Below are positions 49,827-62,482 of a DNA stretch of 64,000 bases, piece by piece (position 1 is the stretch's first letter; each line of letters begins with the position of its first letter). The notes under the pieces are model-generated. The model made no database searches. It was not told where the DNA came from and saw only the letters and a list, made by a program, of their open reading frames with translations. Source of the stretch: Mobula hypostoma (lineage: Eukaryota); NCBI RefSeq assembly GCF_963921235.1, contig NC_086097.1, forward strand, positions 113,276,001 through 113,340,000, in the 5' to 3' direction. The position numbers and the translations under genes were made by a program.

Positions 49827-51074
49827 GTCTGAAGACTCCAGCTTTGTCCTGCCTGCCAGCCAAGTCATGTCCTTGCCTAGTTCAGGGGTCCGAGCAAGAG
49901 GCAAGACCCAGGTTCTGGGTCCTTGTCCAGTCTCTGGATTAGAGTCCAAGCACGAGCTCCTAGCTCTCTTGCCCAGTCCTGTTCCAGGTTCCCGGTTTTT
50001 GTGTCCATGTCCTAGCCCCCATCCTGTATCCTAGTCCTGTCCCTAGTACTTCAGTGCCTGTGTCTTGCACTTGGGTCCGGTCCCAGCCACCTCAATATGA
50101 CAACACCAAGCTCAGAGCAAATAGCTTTTAAATAGTGTCAGTTGTGTGTGCCTATTTTCAAAAAGCTGTGATTTTCTCACCGATAGTTGGTGAGAAATAA
50201 ACAATGAGACAATTCAGAACTATTTTATTCACTGCAGTTTCAAGCGTTCAGGCTTGGAAATGCCAGAAACGGCCGGGTGTGAAAATGCAATCATTTCACC
50301 ACTTCAACTACTTGAAGGGATGAGCAATTACCTTGAATGTTACAATGAAAATGAAGATTTGGAACAACACTTAATCATCAATAACATTGTATGAAGGCAG
50401 TCCAACTTCTGCTTTAGGTGTCTGTGCTGATTTTGTTCATTGTGTTCACTGGATAAATTCCTACCTTGATAAGTATTAGAAGCTAATATACAGTTTTATA
50501 GTACTGTAGTATGATTGGTAGTGTTCTAATTAGTTCTATATTTCATTAAAATACATAACTTGATACTCAGTTTGTCTTTTTTATACTTTTCTAACTATTT
50601 CCATGGAACTTCAGGAAATGGGACAGTCGCTTATTTGGGCCAAAATGTACTGGTCTCGATGTGTCCTAATTAATCAGAATTGCCTGTGTATTGTAAAAAG
50701 GGCTAGGTAAAATAAAATCATTAGTTATACTGTATTTAATGTTACTGTTAAATATGTTGGCCTAGTACAGTATGGTAAGGGTGGCACAATAGCATAGCGG
50801 TTAGTGTAATGCTTATACATCACCAGCTCTAAGTCTGGGGTTCAATTCCCACCATTGTCTGTAAAGAGTTTGTATATTCTCCCTGTGACTGTGTGGGGTT
50901 CCTCCAGGTGCTCCGGTTTCCTTCTACATTCCAAGGACATAAAGTTAAGGTTAGTAAGTTCCGGGCATGTTATGTTGCTGCATGAAGTGTGGCAACATTT
51001 GCGGGCTGCCCACCATAATCCTCGCTGATTTAATTTGATTTTATGCATTTCACTATATATTTCAATTTACATGT

Positions 51075-51750
51075 GGCAAATAAAGATCATAAGATATAGG
51101 AGCAGAAGTAGGTCATTCGGTTCATTGAGTCTGCTCCGCCATTCAATCATGGGCTGGTCAAATTCTTCCAGTCATCCCCACTCCCCTGCTTTCACCCCAT
51201 ACCCTTTGATACCCTGGCTAATCAAGAACCTATTTATCTCTGCCTTAAATGCACCCAATGACTTGGCCTCCACAGCTGCTCATGACAATAAATTCCACAG
51301 ATTTACCACCCTATGACTAAAGTAATTTCTCTGCATCTCTGTTCTAAATGGATGTCTTTCAATCCTGAAGTCGTGCCCTCTTGTCCTAGACTCCCCTGCC
51401 ATGGGAAATAATTTTGCCATATCTAATCTGTTCAGGCCTTTTAACATTCTGAATGTTTCTATGAGATCCCCCCTCATTCTCTTGAACTCCAGGGAATACA
51501 GCCCAAGAGCTGCCAGATGTTCCTCATACGGTAACCCTTTCATTTCTGGAATCATTCTCGTGAATCGTCTCTGAACCCTCTCCAATGTCAGTATATCCTT
51601 TCTAAAATAAGGAGCCCCAGCTGCATACAATACTCCAAGTGTGGTCTCACGAGTGCTTTATAGAGCCTCAAGGTCACATTCCTGCTCTTGTATTCTATAC
51701 CTCTAGAAATGAATGCCAACATTACCTTCGCCTTCTTCACCACCGACTAA
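51075..51750 (-). mobile_element. CR1 LINE 3' fragment
   Basis: LERVQRRFTRMIP...RTRGH...RVVNLWN on minus strand. Confidence 0.88.
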
Positions 51751-51929
51751 TCTTTAATAATAAAGCTAATGTTTTCTTTACCTTTGAATTTTGTTAGCAC
51801 AGGCCAATCTCTTGCAATTACTGTCATAAGTTGTTTCACTTCTGAATTTAACTGAACAAAGCTGTCAGTGGATAAGAGGGCTGACTGGCTTGAATTGTCC
51901 AAGGTGAACCTGAAATATTGATAAAAAAT

Positions 51930-52265
51930 ATCATTGCCCTCTGGTGCACCTCTTCCTTCCCTTTCCCCTATGGTCCACTCTCCTCTCCTATTAGATTCCT
52001 CCTCTCTTCAGCCCTTTAACTCTCCACTTATCACCTCCCTTCTTCTCACTTCATACCCTCTGCCCTGTCCGCCCCCCTCCTCCCCATCATCTGGCTTCAC
52101 CTATCACCTGCCAGATAGTACTCCTTCCTCTCTCCCCTTTCTTCTTCTTCTTCCCCCTTCCTTTCCAGTTCTGATGAAGGATCTTGGCCCAAACTATCAG
52201 CTGTTTATTCCTCTCCATAGATGCTGCCTGACTTGCTGAGTTCTTCCAGCACTTTGTGTGTGTTA
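51930..52265 (+). mobile_element. Penelope-like 3' terminus
   Basis: Pyrimidine-rich UTR, CTGATGAAGG hammerhead remnant, GATGCTGCCTGACTTGCTGAGTTC terminal motif. Confidence 0.7.
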
Positions 52266-53699
52266 CCCTGAGAAATGGAAGGATTTTAAATGATGCAATA
52301 CAGAAGCCCTGTCCTAGGAACTCCACTGACAGATTTGATAGCTGGTAGAAGCTTGCCCTCTGCTTAAGCTCTTTTAATGGTTCCAGGAGTTTTCAAATGC
52401 AATATAGAATTTTGAAAGATTCAAAATCATTAAAGCAGAAAACATGGCAACCATTTTGAATCAAAGATTAACTTGTGACCAAGTAATCTATTTATAGTGA
52501 TGTGTTCTGTGGGAGGAGGTTATCCAAAACATTTAACAGACCGGTCAAACCAGATAAACACGACTTTAAATTAACATTCCACCCAGAGGATGGCACCATA
52601 GATGCAGTCAAAGCCAATCAAGATTATATCTTTATGCCCTGCTTGCAACTCAGAGCTCAGGGGCAAGAGCATATTCAAATGAATCACAATGACGTTTAAT
52701 TCACTGTAGAAAATATTAATGATTCTTATATAAAATCAGGTTTAAGTGTACAAACCAGAAAACAACATTTAATTCCATTTTAACTGTCACTGTGTGCTGG
52801 GTTGAGCAGATAAAGGAGCTGAAAATAGAAATCTGATTTATGTCAACTATATCTAAATTCTACGACTTACGTACACCATTGTAGACGTTATGTATTACAT
52901 CAAAGGAAATGTGGATTTGCTGGATTTAGCTCCAAAGTAATTATGCTAAATACTTTAAAATAAAGGAAACATTTCATATCTGCTAAAATGGCAGTCTCAG
53001 ATCATTTGAATTCTCTATCCCATTCCCACTGTGAGCTCTGTCTTTGGTCTCTGTCATCGATGCGATACAGACCAATGTAAGCTGAAGTAAATGAATCTAA
53101 TTTCTTTGTCTTGACATATTATTGGGTTCCAAGTATTGTAATGAATTTAACAGAAAATAAACTGCAGGAGGAACTCAGCAAGTCCTTTGGACTGGGAGGG
53201 ATATCAGACTGAAACATCAACTATAATTTTCCCTCCGCAGACGCTGCCTGACCGATTGAGTTCCTCCAGAAGCTTCTTCTTTGCTTTACATACCGATATC
53301 TTTAATCTCTTGTGTAGCCATTGAACTTACGTTTAGTTAACCAGGTTTTGTTAGTCCTAATATAAGGTTTCTCTCTCCATAAATAATACCTACCCACTGG
53401 ATATTTAAATTTCACATTTCCAGCAACTACTATCTTCTCATTGTTACAGCTCCACAACGTATATTTCTGATTTTTTTTCTCCCTCGTCTATTTGCCCTCT
53501 GCTGGATCTGGAGATGCTGTTGTCTAAAGCTTCTGAAGACTTCATGAACAAGGCAAGTCAGAGTGGAGGGGGAAAGAAAGAGAGAAACATTAAGGAAGGA
53601 GGGGGGAGAAAGAGAGAGAGAGAGAGAGAGAGATAAAAGGAAAGAGAAAGAGAGATAGATTATTCCTCAAAGACTGTCATTATGGTAAGAGGAACAATA

Positions 53700-54468
53700 G
53701 TGCAGACTATTATCTAAATGGAGAGAAAATTCAAACATCAGAGGTGCAAAGGGACTTAGGAGTCCTCGTGTAAGATTCCCAGAAGGTTAATTTACAGGTT
53801 GAGTTGGTGGTAAAAAAAACAAGTGCAATTTTGGCATTTATTTCAAAGCGAATAGAATATAAAAGCAAGGAGATAATGCTGAACCTTTACAAGACACTAG
53901 TCCAGACTTCACTTGGAGTACTGTCAACAGTTTTGGGCTCCATGTCTCAGAAAGGATATGTTGTCATTGGAGAGAGTTCAGAGGAGATTCACAAAGATGA
54001 ATCTGGGAATGAAGGGGTTAATATATGAGTAGTATTTGGCTGCTTTGGGCCTGTACCTACTGGAATTTAGAAAAATGCGGGGTGATCTTATTGAAATCTA
54101 CTGAATGTTGAAAGGACTAGATAAGCTAGATGTGGAGAGGATGTTTTCTATGGTGGGGGTATCCAGAACTAAAGGGCACAACCTCAAAATTCGGGGGTGA
54201 CCTTTCAGAAAAGAGGCAAGGAGGAATATTTTTAACCAGAGAGTGGTCAATCTGTGGAATGCTCTGCCACAGACTGCGATGGAGGGCAAGTCCGTAGATA
54301 TATTTAAAGGGGAAGTTGAGATTTCCTGATTGGTCAGGGCATCAAAGGATATGGTGAGAAGGCAGGTGTATGGGGTTGAGTGGGATCCAGGATCAGGAAT
54401 AATGGAATTGCGGAGCAGACTCAATGGGCTGAATGGCCTAATTCTGCTCCTATGTCTTATGGTCTTAT
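53700..54468 (+). mobile_element. CR1 LINE 3' fragment followed by a (GA)-rich tract (54475-54655)
   Basis: IEYKSKEIMLNLYKTLV motif, CAGAGAGTGGTCAATCTGTGGAAT, TCTTATG tail. Confidence 0.82.
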
Positions 54469-54623
54469 GGACAGTGAGAGAGAAGGGGGAGAAGGAGAGA
54501 GAGAGGGAGACAGAGAAAGAGAGAGAGAAAGAGAGAGTGAGGGAGGGGAAGGAAGAGGGAGAGCAAGAGACAGAATGAGAGAGGAGAGGGAGAGAGAAAG
54601 AGAGAGCGGTGGAAGGAGAGAGA

Positions 54624-54654
<31 letters not shown>

Positions 54655-56307
54655 GCAAGTAAAGAGTATTGGCAAGAAAAGACTGGAGAGCTCCTGATCC
54701 TCTTTATACTGCAGACTAGTTCAGGCTGGACAGATAATTGATAATGAGAATGGTTTGTGAAACAAGAACAGTCTTGATTTATGCTGTCATGACATCTCAG
54801 GCTCACAGACAAAGAATCTATACAAGTACAGAACCAACTATACTACAGATCACTGAAATTCTACCGAAAAAATTGTAAGCAGGTGATCCAATAACCCCTT
54901 CCAGACAGAACATTTACAAAAAAAACAAGTGTTCACACCCTCTCAACCTTCACCAATTGCTTGTGTTCATCCAGTCCATTTGTTACCTCCCTCCCTTCCA
55001 ATCTCTGTCTGTCTTCCAAATTTTCTGATGAAGCTTCATCTAGTACTTGTGCAAAACACTTGCTACTATCACTTGTCATATCTTATCTCTTTATACTAAT
55101 TTATAATGTCTGAGGTTACCTTGGTGATATTGTCACCATGTAATTACAACAGTAATTATTTTTAGTTGATAATACATCTGATCTAAAAGTCAGCAAAATC
55201 TGTTTTAGCTATTCTTGGTGGTGTTGCATGTCTCATTCGGAATGTGGTTTTTTCCTTTGAACCTATGGTAAACAGTATCTCTCAAGTCTTTCCCTGAAAC
55301 ACATTGGCTATAAATCAAGGTAAAATAGCAATCAGTTTTACAGCTGATTCAAACAGCAAACTAATATTTAAAGATCATCCTAAATGGATTGATAGAAAGT
55401 TGTTACAAAGTTCTGCATTGCTTCTCAGCTAAATTCATTCTCCATACTACAGAACTGTTTGAATGTTAATTGCAATTAGATAAAAAACATTATTTTCCAA
55501 CTAAAGTACTTTATGCTGCCAACTCAAAAGATTTTCAGTCTGCAAGATTTATATTGAGTATCCATTCTTTAAAAAAGTTCAGATGGTTCAACTATACATC
55601 GACAACAGATGCCACTCTCTACATTATGATAAATTCCCCTAGAAGTGGGTGAGTACCTACAGAAGTAAGGGTATCTGCATGAGGCTTTATAATACTAATA
55701 CTACAATTATTCTTATTTTCATAAATTATTTTTGTTTCTATTGAGGATTCTGTGCTATTGATTATTTTTCCTTTTGCATGTTTTTTTTAGTCAATGGAAT
55801 GATCTTACAGTTACTGTGAAATTGATTTGACAGCATAATCCTCATTGATTTGATTTGACACTAACAATGAATGACACTCTTTGTTTTGATGTTATTGTTG
55901 TTCCTTTCCACGCCTTGTGGTGCATTGGGCAGCAACCTTGCCACTTCTTTGGCATTTTGTCTGGTATTTTACAAAGCTGAGTTGCTAGTTTGATGCACCA
56001 CTCAAACGGATGGAAAGCGTTCAAGAAACTGGCTGGATTCAAACCCAGGACAACTTGCCTTGAAGTTCGGTGTGGATGCCACTACAGCACCAACCAGCTA
56101 TGTTTTAATGTAAATGTGACAAATAAAGCTAATTTTTATCTTTATTATATATCTTTTTATCTTTACCATTTTCAAAGTTTGTTTAGCTGTACAACTGTGA
56201 AGCATTTGGTAATAGAACATAGAACATAGAAAATAGGTGCAGGAGTAGGCCATTCGGCCCTTTGAGCCTGCACCGCCATTTATTATGATCATGGCTGATC
56301 ATCCAAC

Positions 56308-59229
56308 TCAGAACCCCGCCCCAGCCTTCCCTCCATACCCCTTGACCCCTGTAGCCACAAGGGCCATATCTAACTCCCTCTTAAACATAGCCAATGAACT
56401 GGCCTCAACAGTTTGCTGTGGCAGAGAATTCCACAGATTCACCACTCTCTGTGTAAAGAAGTTTTTCCTAATCTCGGTCCTAAAAGGCTTCCCCTCTATC
56501 CTCAAACTGTGACCCCTCGTTCTGGACTTCCCCAACATCGGGAACAATCTTCCTGCATCTAGCCTGTCCAATCCCTTTAGGATCTTATACGTTTCAATCA
56601 GATCCCCCCTCAATCTTCTAAATTCCAACGAGTACAAGCCCAGTTCATCCAGTCTTTCTTCATATGAAAGTCCTGCCATCCCAGGAATCAATCTGGTGAA
56701 CCTTCTTTGTACTCCCTCTATGGCAAAGATGTCTTTCCTCAGATTAGGGGACCAAAACTGCACACAATACTCGAGGTGTGGTCTCACCAAGGCCTTGTAC
56801 AACTGCAGTAGTACCTCCCTGCTCCTGTACTCGAATCCTCTCGCTATAAATGCCAGCATACCATTCGCCTTTTTCACCTTCTGCTGTACCTGCATGCCCA
56901 CTTTCAATGACTGGTGTATAATGACACCCAGGTCTCGTTGCACCTCCCCTTTTCCTAATCGGCCACCATTCAGATAATAATCTGTTTTCCTATTTTTGCC
57001 ACCAAAGTGGATAACTTCACATTTATCCACATTAAATTGCATCTGCCATGAGTTTGCCCACTCACCCAACCTATCCAAGTCACCCTGCATCCTCTTAGCA
57101 TCCTCCTCACTGCTAACACTGCCGCCCAGCTTTGTGTCATCCGCAAACTTGGAGATGCTGCATTTAATTCCCTCATCCAAGTCATTAATATATATTGTAA
57201 ACAACTGGAGTCCCAGCACTGAGCCTTGCGGTACCCCACTAGTCACCGCCTGCCATTCTGAAAAAGTCCCGTTTATTCCCACTCTTTGCTTCCTGTCTGC
57301 TAACCAATTCTCCACCCACACCAATACCATACCCCCAATACCGTGTGCTTTAAGTTTGCACACTAATCTCCTGTGTGGGACCTTGTCAAAAGCCTTTTGA
57401 AAATCCAAATATACCACATCCACTGGTTCTCCCCTATCCACTCTACTAGTTACATCCTCAAAAAATTCTATGAGATTCGTCAGACATGATTTTCCTTTCA
57501 CAAATCCATGCTGACTTTGTCCGATCATTTCTCCGCTTTCCAAATGTGCTGTTATCACATCCTTGATAACTGACTCCAGCAGTTTCCCCACCACCGACGT
57601 TAGGCTAACCGGTCTATAATTCCCCGGTTTCTCTCTCACTCCTTTTTTAAAAATTGGGGTTACATTAGCCACCCTCCAATCCTCAGGAACTAGTCCAGAA
57701 TCTAACGAGTTTTGAAAAATTATCACTAATGCATCCACTATTTCTTGGGCTACTTCCTTAAGCACTCTAGGATGCAGACCATCTGGCCCTGGGGATTTAT
57801 CTGCCTTCAATCCCTTCAATTTACCTAACACCACTTCCCTACTAACATGTATTTCACTCAGTTCCTCCATCTCACTGGACCCTCTGTCCCTTACTATTTC
57901 TGGAAGATTATTTATGTCCTCCTTAGTGAAGACAGAACCAAAGTAATTATTCAATTGGTCTGCCATGTCCTTGTTCCCCATAATCAATTCACCTGTTTCT
58001 GTCTGCAGGGGACCTACATTTGTCTTTACCAGTCTTTTCCTTTTTACATATCTATAAAAGCTTTTACAGTCCGTTTTTATGTTCTCTGCCAGTTTTCTCT
58101 CATAATCTTTTTTCCCCTTCTTAATTAAGCCCTTTGTCCTCCTCTGCTGAACTCTGAATTTCTCCCAGTCCTCAAGTGAGCCACTTTCTCTGGCTAATTT
58201 GTATGCTACTTCTTTGGAATTGATACTATCCTTAATTTCTCTTGTCAGCCACGGGTGCACTACCTTCCTTGATTTATTCTTTTGCCAAACTGGGATGAAC
58301 AATTGTTGTAGTTCATCCATGCAACCTATAAATGCTTGCCATTGCATATCCACCGTCAATCCTTTAAGTGTCATTTGCCAGTCTATCTTAGCTAATTCAC
58401 GTCTCATACCTTCAAAGTTACCCTTCTTTAAGTTCAGAACCTTTGTTTCTGAATTAACTATGTCACTCTCCATATTAATGAAGGATTCCACCATATTATG
58501 GTCACTCTTACCCAAGGGGCCTCTCACAACAAGATCGCTAATTAACCCTTCCTCATTGCTCAAAACCCAGTCCAGAATAGCCTGCTCTCTAGTTGGTTCC
58601 TCGACATGTTGGTTCAAAAAACCATCCCGCATACATTCCAAGAAATCCTCTTCCTCAGCACCTTTACCAATTTGGTTCACCCAGTCTACATGTAGATTGA
58701 AGTCACCCATTATAACTGCTGTTCCTTTATTGCACACATTTCTAATTTCCTGTTTAATACCATCTCCGACCTCACTACTACTGTTAGGTGGCCTGTACAC
58801 AACTCCCACCAGCGTCTTCTGCCCCTTAGTGTTACGCAGCTCTACCCATATCGATTCCACATCTTCCTGGCTTATGTCCTTCCTTTCTATTGCGTTAATC
58901 TCTTCTTTAACCAGCAACGCCACCCTACCTCCCCTTCCTTCATGTCTATCCCTCCTGAATATTGAATATCCCTGAACGTTGAGCTCCCATCCCTGGTCAC
59001 GCTGGAGCCATGTCTCTGTGATCCCAACTATATCATAATCATTAATAACAATCTGCACTTTCAATTCATCTACCTTATTACGAATGCTCCTTGCATTGAC
59101 ACATAAAGCCTTCAGGTGCTCTTTCACAACTCTCTTAGCCCTTGTACAATTATGTTGAAAAGTGGCCCTTTTTAATGCTTGCCCTGGATTTGTCGGCCTG
59201 CCACTTTTACTTTTCTCCTTTGTGTACAA
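56308..59229 (-). CDS. Intact CR1 ORF2 (APE endonuclease plus reverse transcriptase) of a 5'-truncated CR1 spanning ~56211-59222
   Basis: 973 aa with no stop: [51 protein letters not shown]; (TTCTATG)n tail at 56211-56231. The annotated first codon lies at the truncation junction and is not a real start. Confidence 0.95.
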   Translation of the reverse strand: MYTKEKSKSGRPTNPGQALKRATFQHNCTRAKRVVKEHLKALCVNARSIRNKVDELKVQIVINDYDIVGITETWLQRDQGWELNVQGYSIFRRDRHEGRGGRVALLVKEEINAIERKDISQEDVESIWVELRNTKGQKTLVGVVYRPPNSSSEVGDGIKQEIRNVCNKGTAVIMGDFNLHVDWVNQIGKGAEEEDFLECMRDGFLNQHVEEPTREQAILDWVLSNEEGLISDLVVRGPLGKSDHNMVESFINMESDIVNSETKVLNLKKGNFEGMRRELAKIDWQMTLKGLTVDMQWQAFIGCMDELQQLFIPVWQKNKSRKVVHPWLTREIKDSINSKEVAYKLARESGSLEDWEKFRVQQRRTKGLIKKGKKDYERKLAENIKTDCKSFYRYVKRKRLVKTNVGPLQTETGELIMGNKDMADQLNNYFGSVFTKEDINNLPEIVRDRGSSEMEELSEIHVSREVVLGKLKGLKADKSPGPDGLHPRVLKEVAQEIVDALVIIFQNSLDSGLVPEDWRVANVTPIFKKGVREKPGNYRPVSLTSVVGKLLESVIKDVITAHLESGEMIGQSQHGFVKGKSCLTNLIEFFEDVTSRVDRGEPVDVVYLDFQKAFDKVPHRRLVCKLKAHGIGGMVLVWVENWLADRKQRVGINGTFSEWQAVTSGVPQGSVLGLQLFTIYINDLDEGIKCSISKFADDTKLGGSVSSEEDAKRMQGDLDRLGEWANSWQMQFNVDKCEVIHFGGKNRKTDYYLNGGRLGKGEVQRDLGVIIHQSLKVGMQVQQKVKKANGMLAFIARGFEYRSREVLLQLYKALVRPHLEYCVQFWSPNLRKDIFAIEGVQRRFTRLIPGMAGLSYEERLDELGLYSLEFRRLRGDLIETYKILKGLDRLDAGRLFPMLGKSRTRGHSLRIEGKPFRTEIRKNFFTQRVVNLWNSLPQQTVEASSLAMFKRELDMALVATGVKGYGGKAGAGF

Positions 59230-59615
59230 TAATTAATGTGTACAATAATTACCTAAATATTTTTGTGATCACATATAATCTGTGCTGATTAGTAAGAATT
59301 ATAAAACAGTAATTCAACAAATTGATGACAATCCCTAAATTTCTCAAACAAATTGCTGAGATTCTATAGCAACTGATCTGTAACATGTGCCAAGCAAAAA
59401 AAAAACCCTTCTTCAGATTTACAATCTAATGCCTCCATTATTTGGGTGTATTCCTGTTATCTAAGTCAAGTCAAGTCAAGTTTATTGTCATTTAAATATA
59501 TTCATGTATATAATGTATATAGAAATGAGAGAACCTTTCTCCAAACCTGGGTGTAAAACACAGTGGTACACATAACACACGATAACTTATAAAGTAAAAG
59601 ATAAAATCTACAGAT

Positions 59616-60560
59616 TTTTTTAAATTTCAAAATATACTTTATTCAAAAATAAATATATACAATAAACCATTCAATAACTTTCCATCCTTTACATACGTTT
59701 CCATTATAGTCAGTACATACCCGTATTTATAGCCAGCCACGTGGCACTCCAGTAGTTCAGCTTACCATATCATTGTTGAGGGGTATACTCCCTGCCCCCC
59801 GACCCCTCCCACTCCCACGGGTGGAGAAATCTATACTGTGGTCCTTCCCCACCGGGCCCTTGCGGTGGCTGCACCGAGTTTCAGTGCGTCCCTCAGCACG
59901 TACTCCTGCAGCCGAGAATGTGCCAGTCAGCAGCATTCTCCCACAGACATCTCCATGTGCTGGTGGATCATCAAGTTTCGGGCCGACCAAAGAGCATCTT
60001 TCACTGAGTTGATGATCTGCCAGCAGCACCAGATGTTGATCTCCGTGTGCGTCCCCGGGAACAGCCTGTAGATCAGAGAGTCCTCTATTACGCAGCTGCC
60101 GGGGATGAAACGTGACACTAGTCCGTCCATCCTCCTCCACATCTTCTTTGCGAACTGACAATGTGCAAAGAGGTGGGTCACAGACTCCTCCTCACTGCAG
60201 TCCTCCCGTGGGCAGTGGGGTGCGGAGACGACGTTCCGGGCATACAGGAGGGCTCTGACTGGGAGGGCCCCTCTCACCACCAGCCAGGCGAGGTCTTGGT
60301 GCCTGTTGGTTAGATCTGGCGATGAGGCATTTTGCCAGATGAACTGGATGGTCTGCTCAGGGAACCACCCCACTGTGTCCATCACGTCCTTCTCCTGCAG
60401 TGCCTGCAGGACATTACGCGCCGACCACTGCCTGACGGTCCTGTGGTTAAAGGCGTTCTCCTGGAAGAACTTTGCTACGTAGGACAGGTATGCCGGCAAC
60501 GACCAGCTGACTGGGGCGTTGCGTGGGAGTGGGGCCAGACCCATCCTTCGTAGCCAGGGT
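59616..60560 (-). mobile_element. Tx1-like (L1 superfamily) LINE 3' end
   Basis: zf-RVT-like HCPREDC...ESVTHLFAHC, DALWSARN; AATAAA and short poly(A); 14-bp TSD TAAAATCTACAGAT (59602-59615, 60561-60574). Confidence 0.85.
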
Positions 60561-61694
60561 TAAAATCTACAGATGAATCATGCATAAGTAACAAACTAAA
60601 ATGTATAAATTAAATATTGCAAGGTGTGGAACAGATTAACCAATGTAGCTAACATAGCACTTTTGCAATGAGTATGAAACATTTATCTCTAGCGTCATCA
60701 TTCTTACCTGTGCCATTCTAGCAATCTTCATGAGCATCAATCGTTTCATTGAGGTCAATCTATTTGGTGATTTAAATTAATTTATAGGCCATTGGAGTAT
60801 TGGTCAAGGCCACTATCTATTTTCCTGTCCTTGGGGAAATGATGGGGAGCCATCTTCTTTACTCAAAGAGAAATTAAAGAGAGAATAGCTTTATTTGTCA
60901 CAGGTACATTAAAACGTGAAGAGAAATGCATCGTTTTGCATCAACAATGAACATAGTCCGAGGATTGTGCAGGGGGCAGCCCACAGGTGTTGCCATGCTT
61001 CCAGAGCCAACATAGCATGCCTACAACTCACTAACCCTAACCATACATCTTTGGAATGTGGGTGGAAACTGGAGCACCCAAAGGAAATCACACAGTCACA
61101 GGGAGGTTGTATAAGCTCCTTACAGCCAATGGGGCAGTTAAATCTGATCAGTGATTGCTGATGCTGCAAAGTAATTGTGCTAATCGCTACACTACCAGGC
61201 TGCCCGTGATTCGTTGTTGTTGTTGTTGTGAGTTAAACTTCATAATGTTCCTGACTTGCGCTCTGGCTGATGGTTGAAAGACTTCAGAGTATCAAGTGAG
61301 TCACCTGCCATATGATACCCAACCTCTGATCAGCTCTTTTAGCCATAGTATTCATGTGGCCAGTCAATTTTCATGTCAGATTTCTGATCAGTAACTACCA
61401 GATGTTGATGAAAGTGTACTTGGTGATGAAATGGCCATTCAATGCCAATGGTGGGTGCTTAGATATCGGTGATGGTTATTCACACTGTCTGTGGTGAAAG
61501 TACCATTTGCCACTTAATAGCCTGAGGTTACATTTTGTTGCATATGCCATGGATAGCTTTATTTTCTGTTGAGTTATGACGAATACTGGACTTTGCTAAA
61601 ACCGGTAAAGATAGCCAGCCAGTGACATTGTGCAGGGAATTCCAGCGGCATTGTTCTGGGACCTTTGAAGATGTCATCAACACTGAAGAGAGTA

Positions 61695-62475
61695 GTGCCC
61701 ATGTGGAGCTGGATGGGTTTGTAACCTCCTGCAGCTTTTTCCAATCCTGTACAGTGACCCCTCCATACTAGATGGTGATGCTACCTGTTAGAATGCTTTC
61801 CACAGTACATCATAGAAGTTTGCAAGAGTTTTTGGTGGCATCCCAGGTCTCTTCAAACTCCTGATGAAATATAGCCGCTGTTGTGCCTTCTTTGTAATTG
61901 TGTCAATATGTTGGACCAACGATAGATCTTCAGAGATTTTGAAACTTGAAATTGTTCACCCTTTCCACTGCTGATCCCTCAATGATCATGTGTCATCAGA
62001 TGTGTTTTCCTGCGACTTCCCCTTCCTGGAACCCACAATCAATTATTTGGTCTTACTGATGTTAAGTGCAGGTAGCTGTAGTAACATCACTCAACAAGCT
62101 GATTCCGTATATCTCTTCATTATCTGAAATTCTGCCAACCAAAGTTGTGTCATCGGCAAATGTATAGATGGTGTTTGAGCTGTGCCTGGCCACACAATAG
62201 TGGGTGTAATGCATAGAGCAGCAGGCTAAGCACACATCCTTGAGTGTGCCAGTATTGATTGTCAGTGAAGAGTAGATCTTATTTCTGATCTGCACTGGTT
62301 GTGGCCTTCCAATGAAGAAGTGAAGTTTCCAGTTGCACAGGAAGGTACAGAGGCTCAGGTGTTGGAGCTTGTTGATGAATACTGAGGGTATGATGGTGCT
62401 CAATGCTGAGCTGTGATCAATGAACAACAGCCTGACATACTGTAAGCATTGCTATTGTCCACGTGATCCAAGTTC
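61695..62475 (-). mobile_element. Rex1/Babar-type LINE RT fragment
   Basis: MFIDHSSALSTIIP...FADDTTLVG on minus strand. Confidence 0.8.
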
Positions 62476-62482
62476 AAATGGT

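Larger units (their letters stand above)
45407..50102 (+). mobile_element. Non-autonomous two-LTR mini-retrotransposon (LTR1 45407-~46605, ~146-bp internal part, LTR2 46752-50102 interrupted by an L1 derivative)
   Basis: Both LTRs start TGTCATGGTCTGGTCCG; TSD ACACC (45402-45406, 50103-50107); internal part has a PBS remnant, ATGGACCCAGCA (gag start MDPA) and a G-rich PPT. Confidence 0.9.
45196..50686 (+). mobile_element. Tigger/pogo-like non-autonomous DNA transposon hosting nested insertions
   Basis: Imperfect TIRs CAGTGGATTCAGATTAATTGGG / CCTAATTAATCAGAATTGCCTG; host sequence is continuous across the ACACC TSD. Confidence 0.6.

Noticed and set aside
49221..49832. 203-aa repetitive ORF
   Set aside because: It is a read-through of the 26-bp minisatellite within an LTR.
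54098..54812. Ser/Leu- or Glu/Arg-rich ORFs
   Set aside because: They derive from a (GA)n low-complexity tract and an adjacent CR1 fragment.
58199..58975. 258-aa plus-strand ORF
   Set aside because: It is the antisense shadow of the intact CR1 ORF2.
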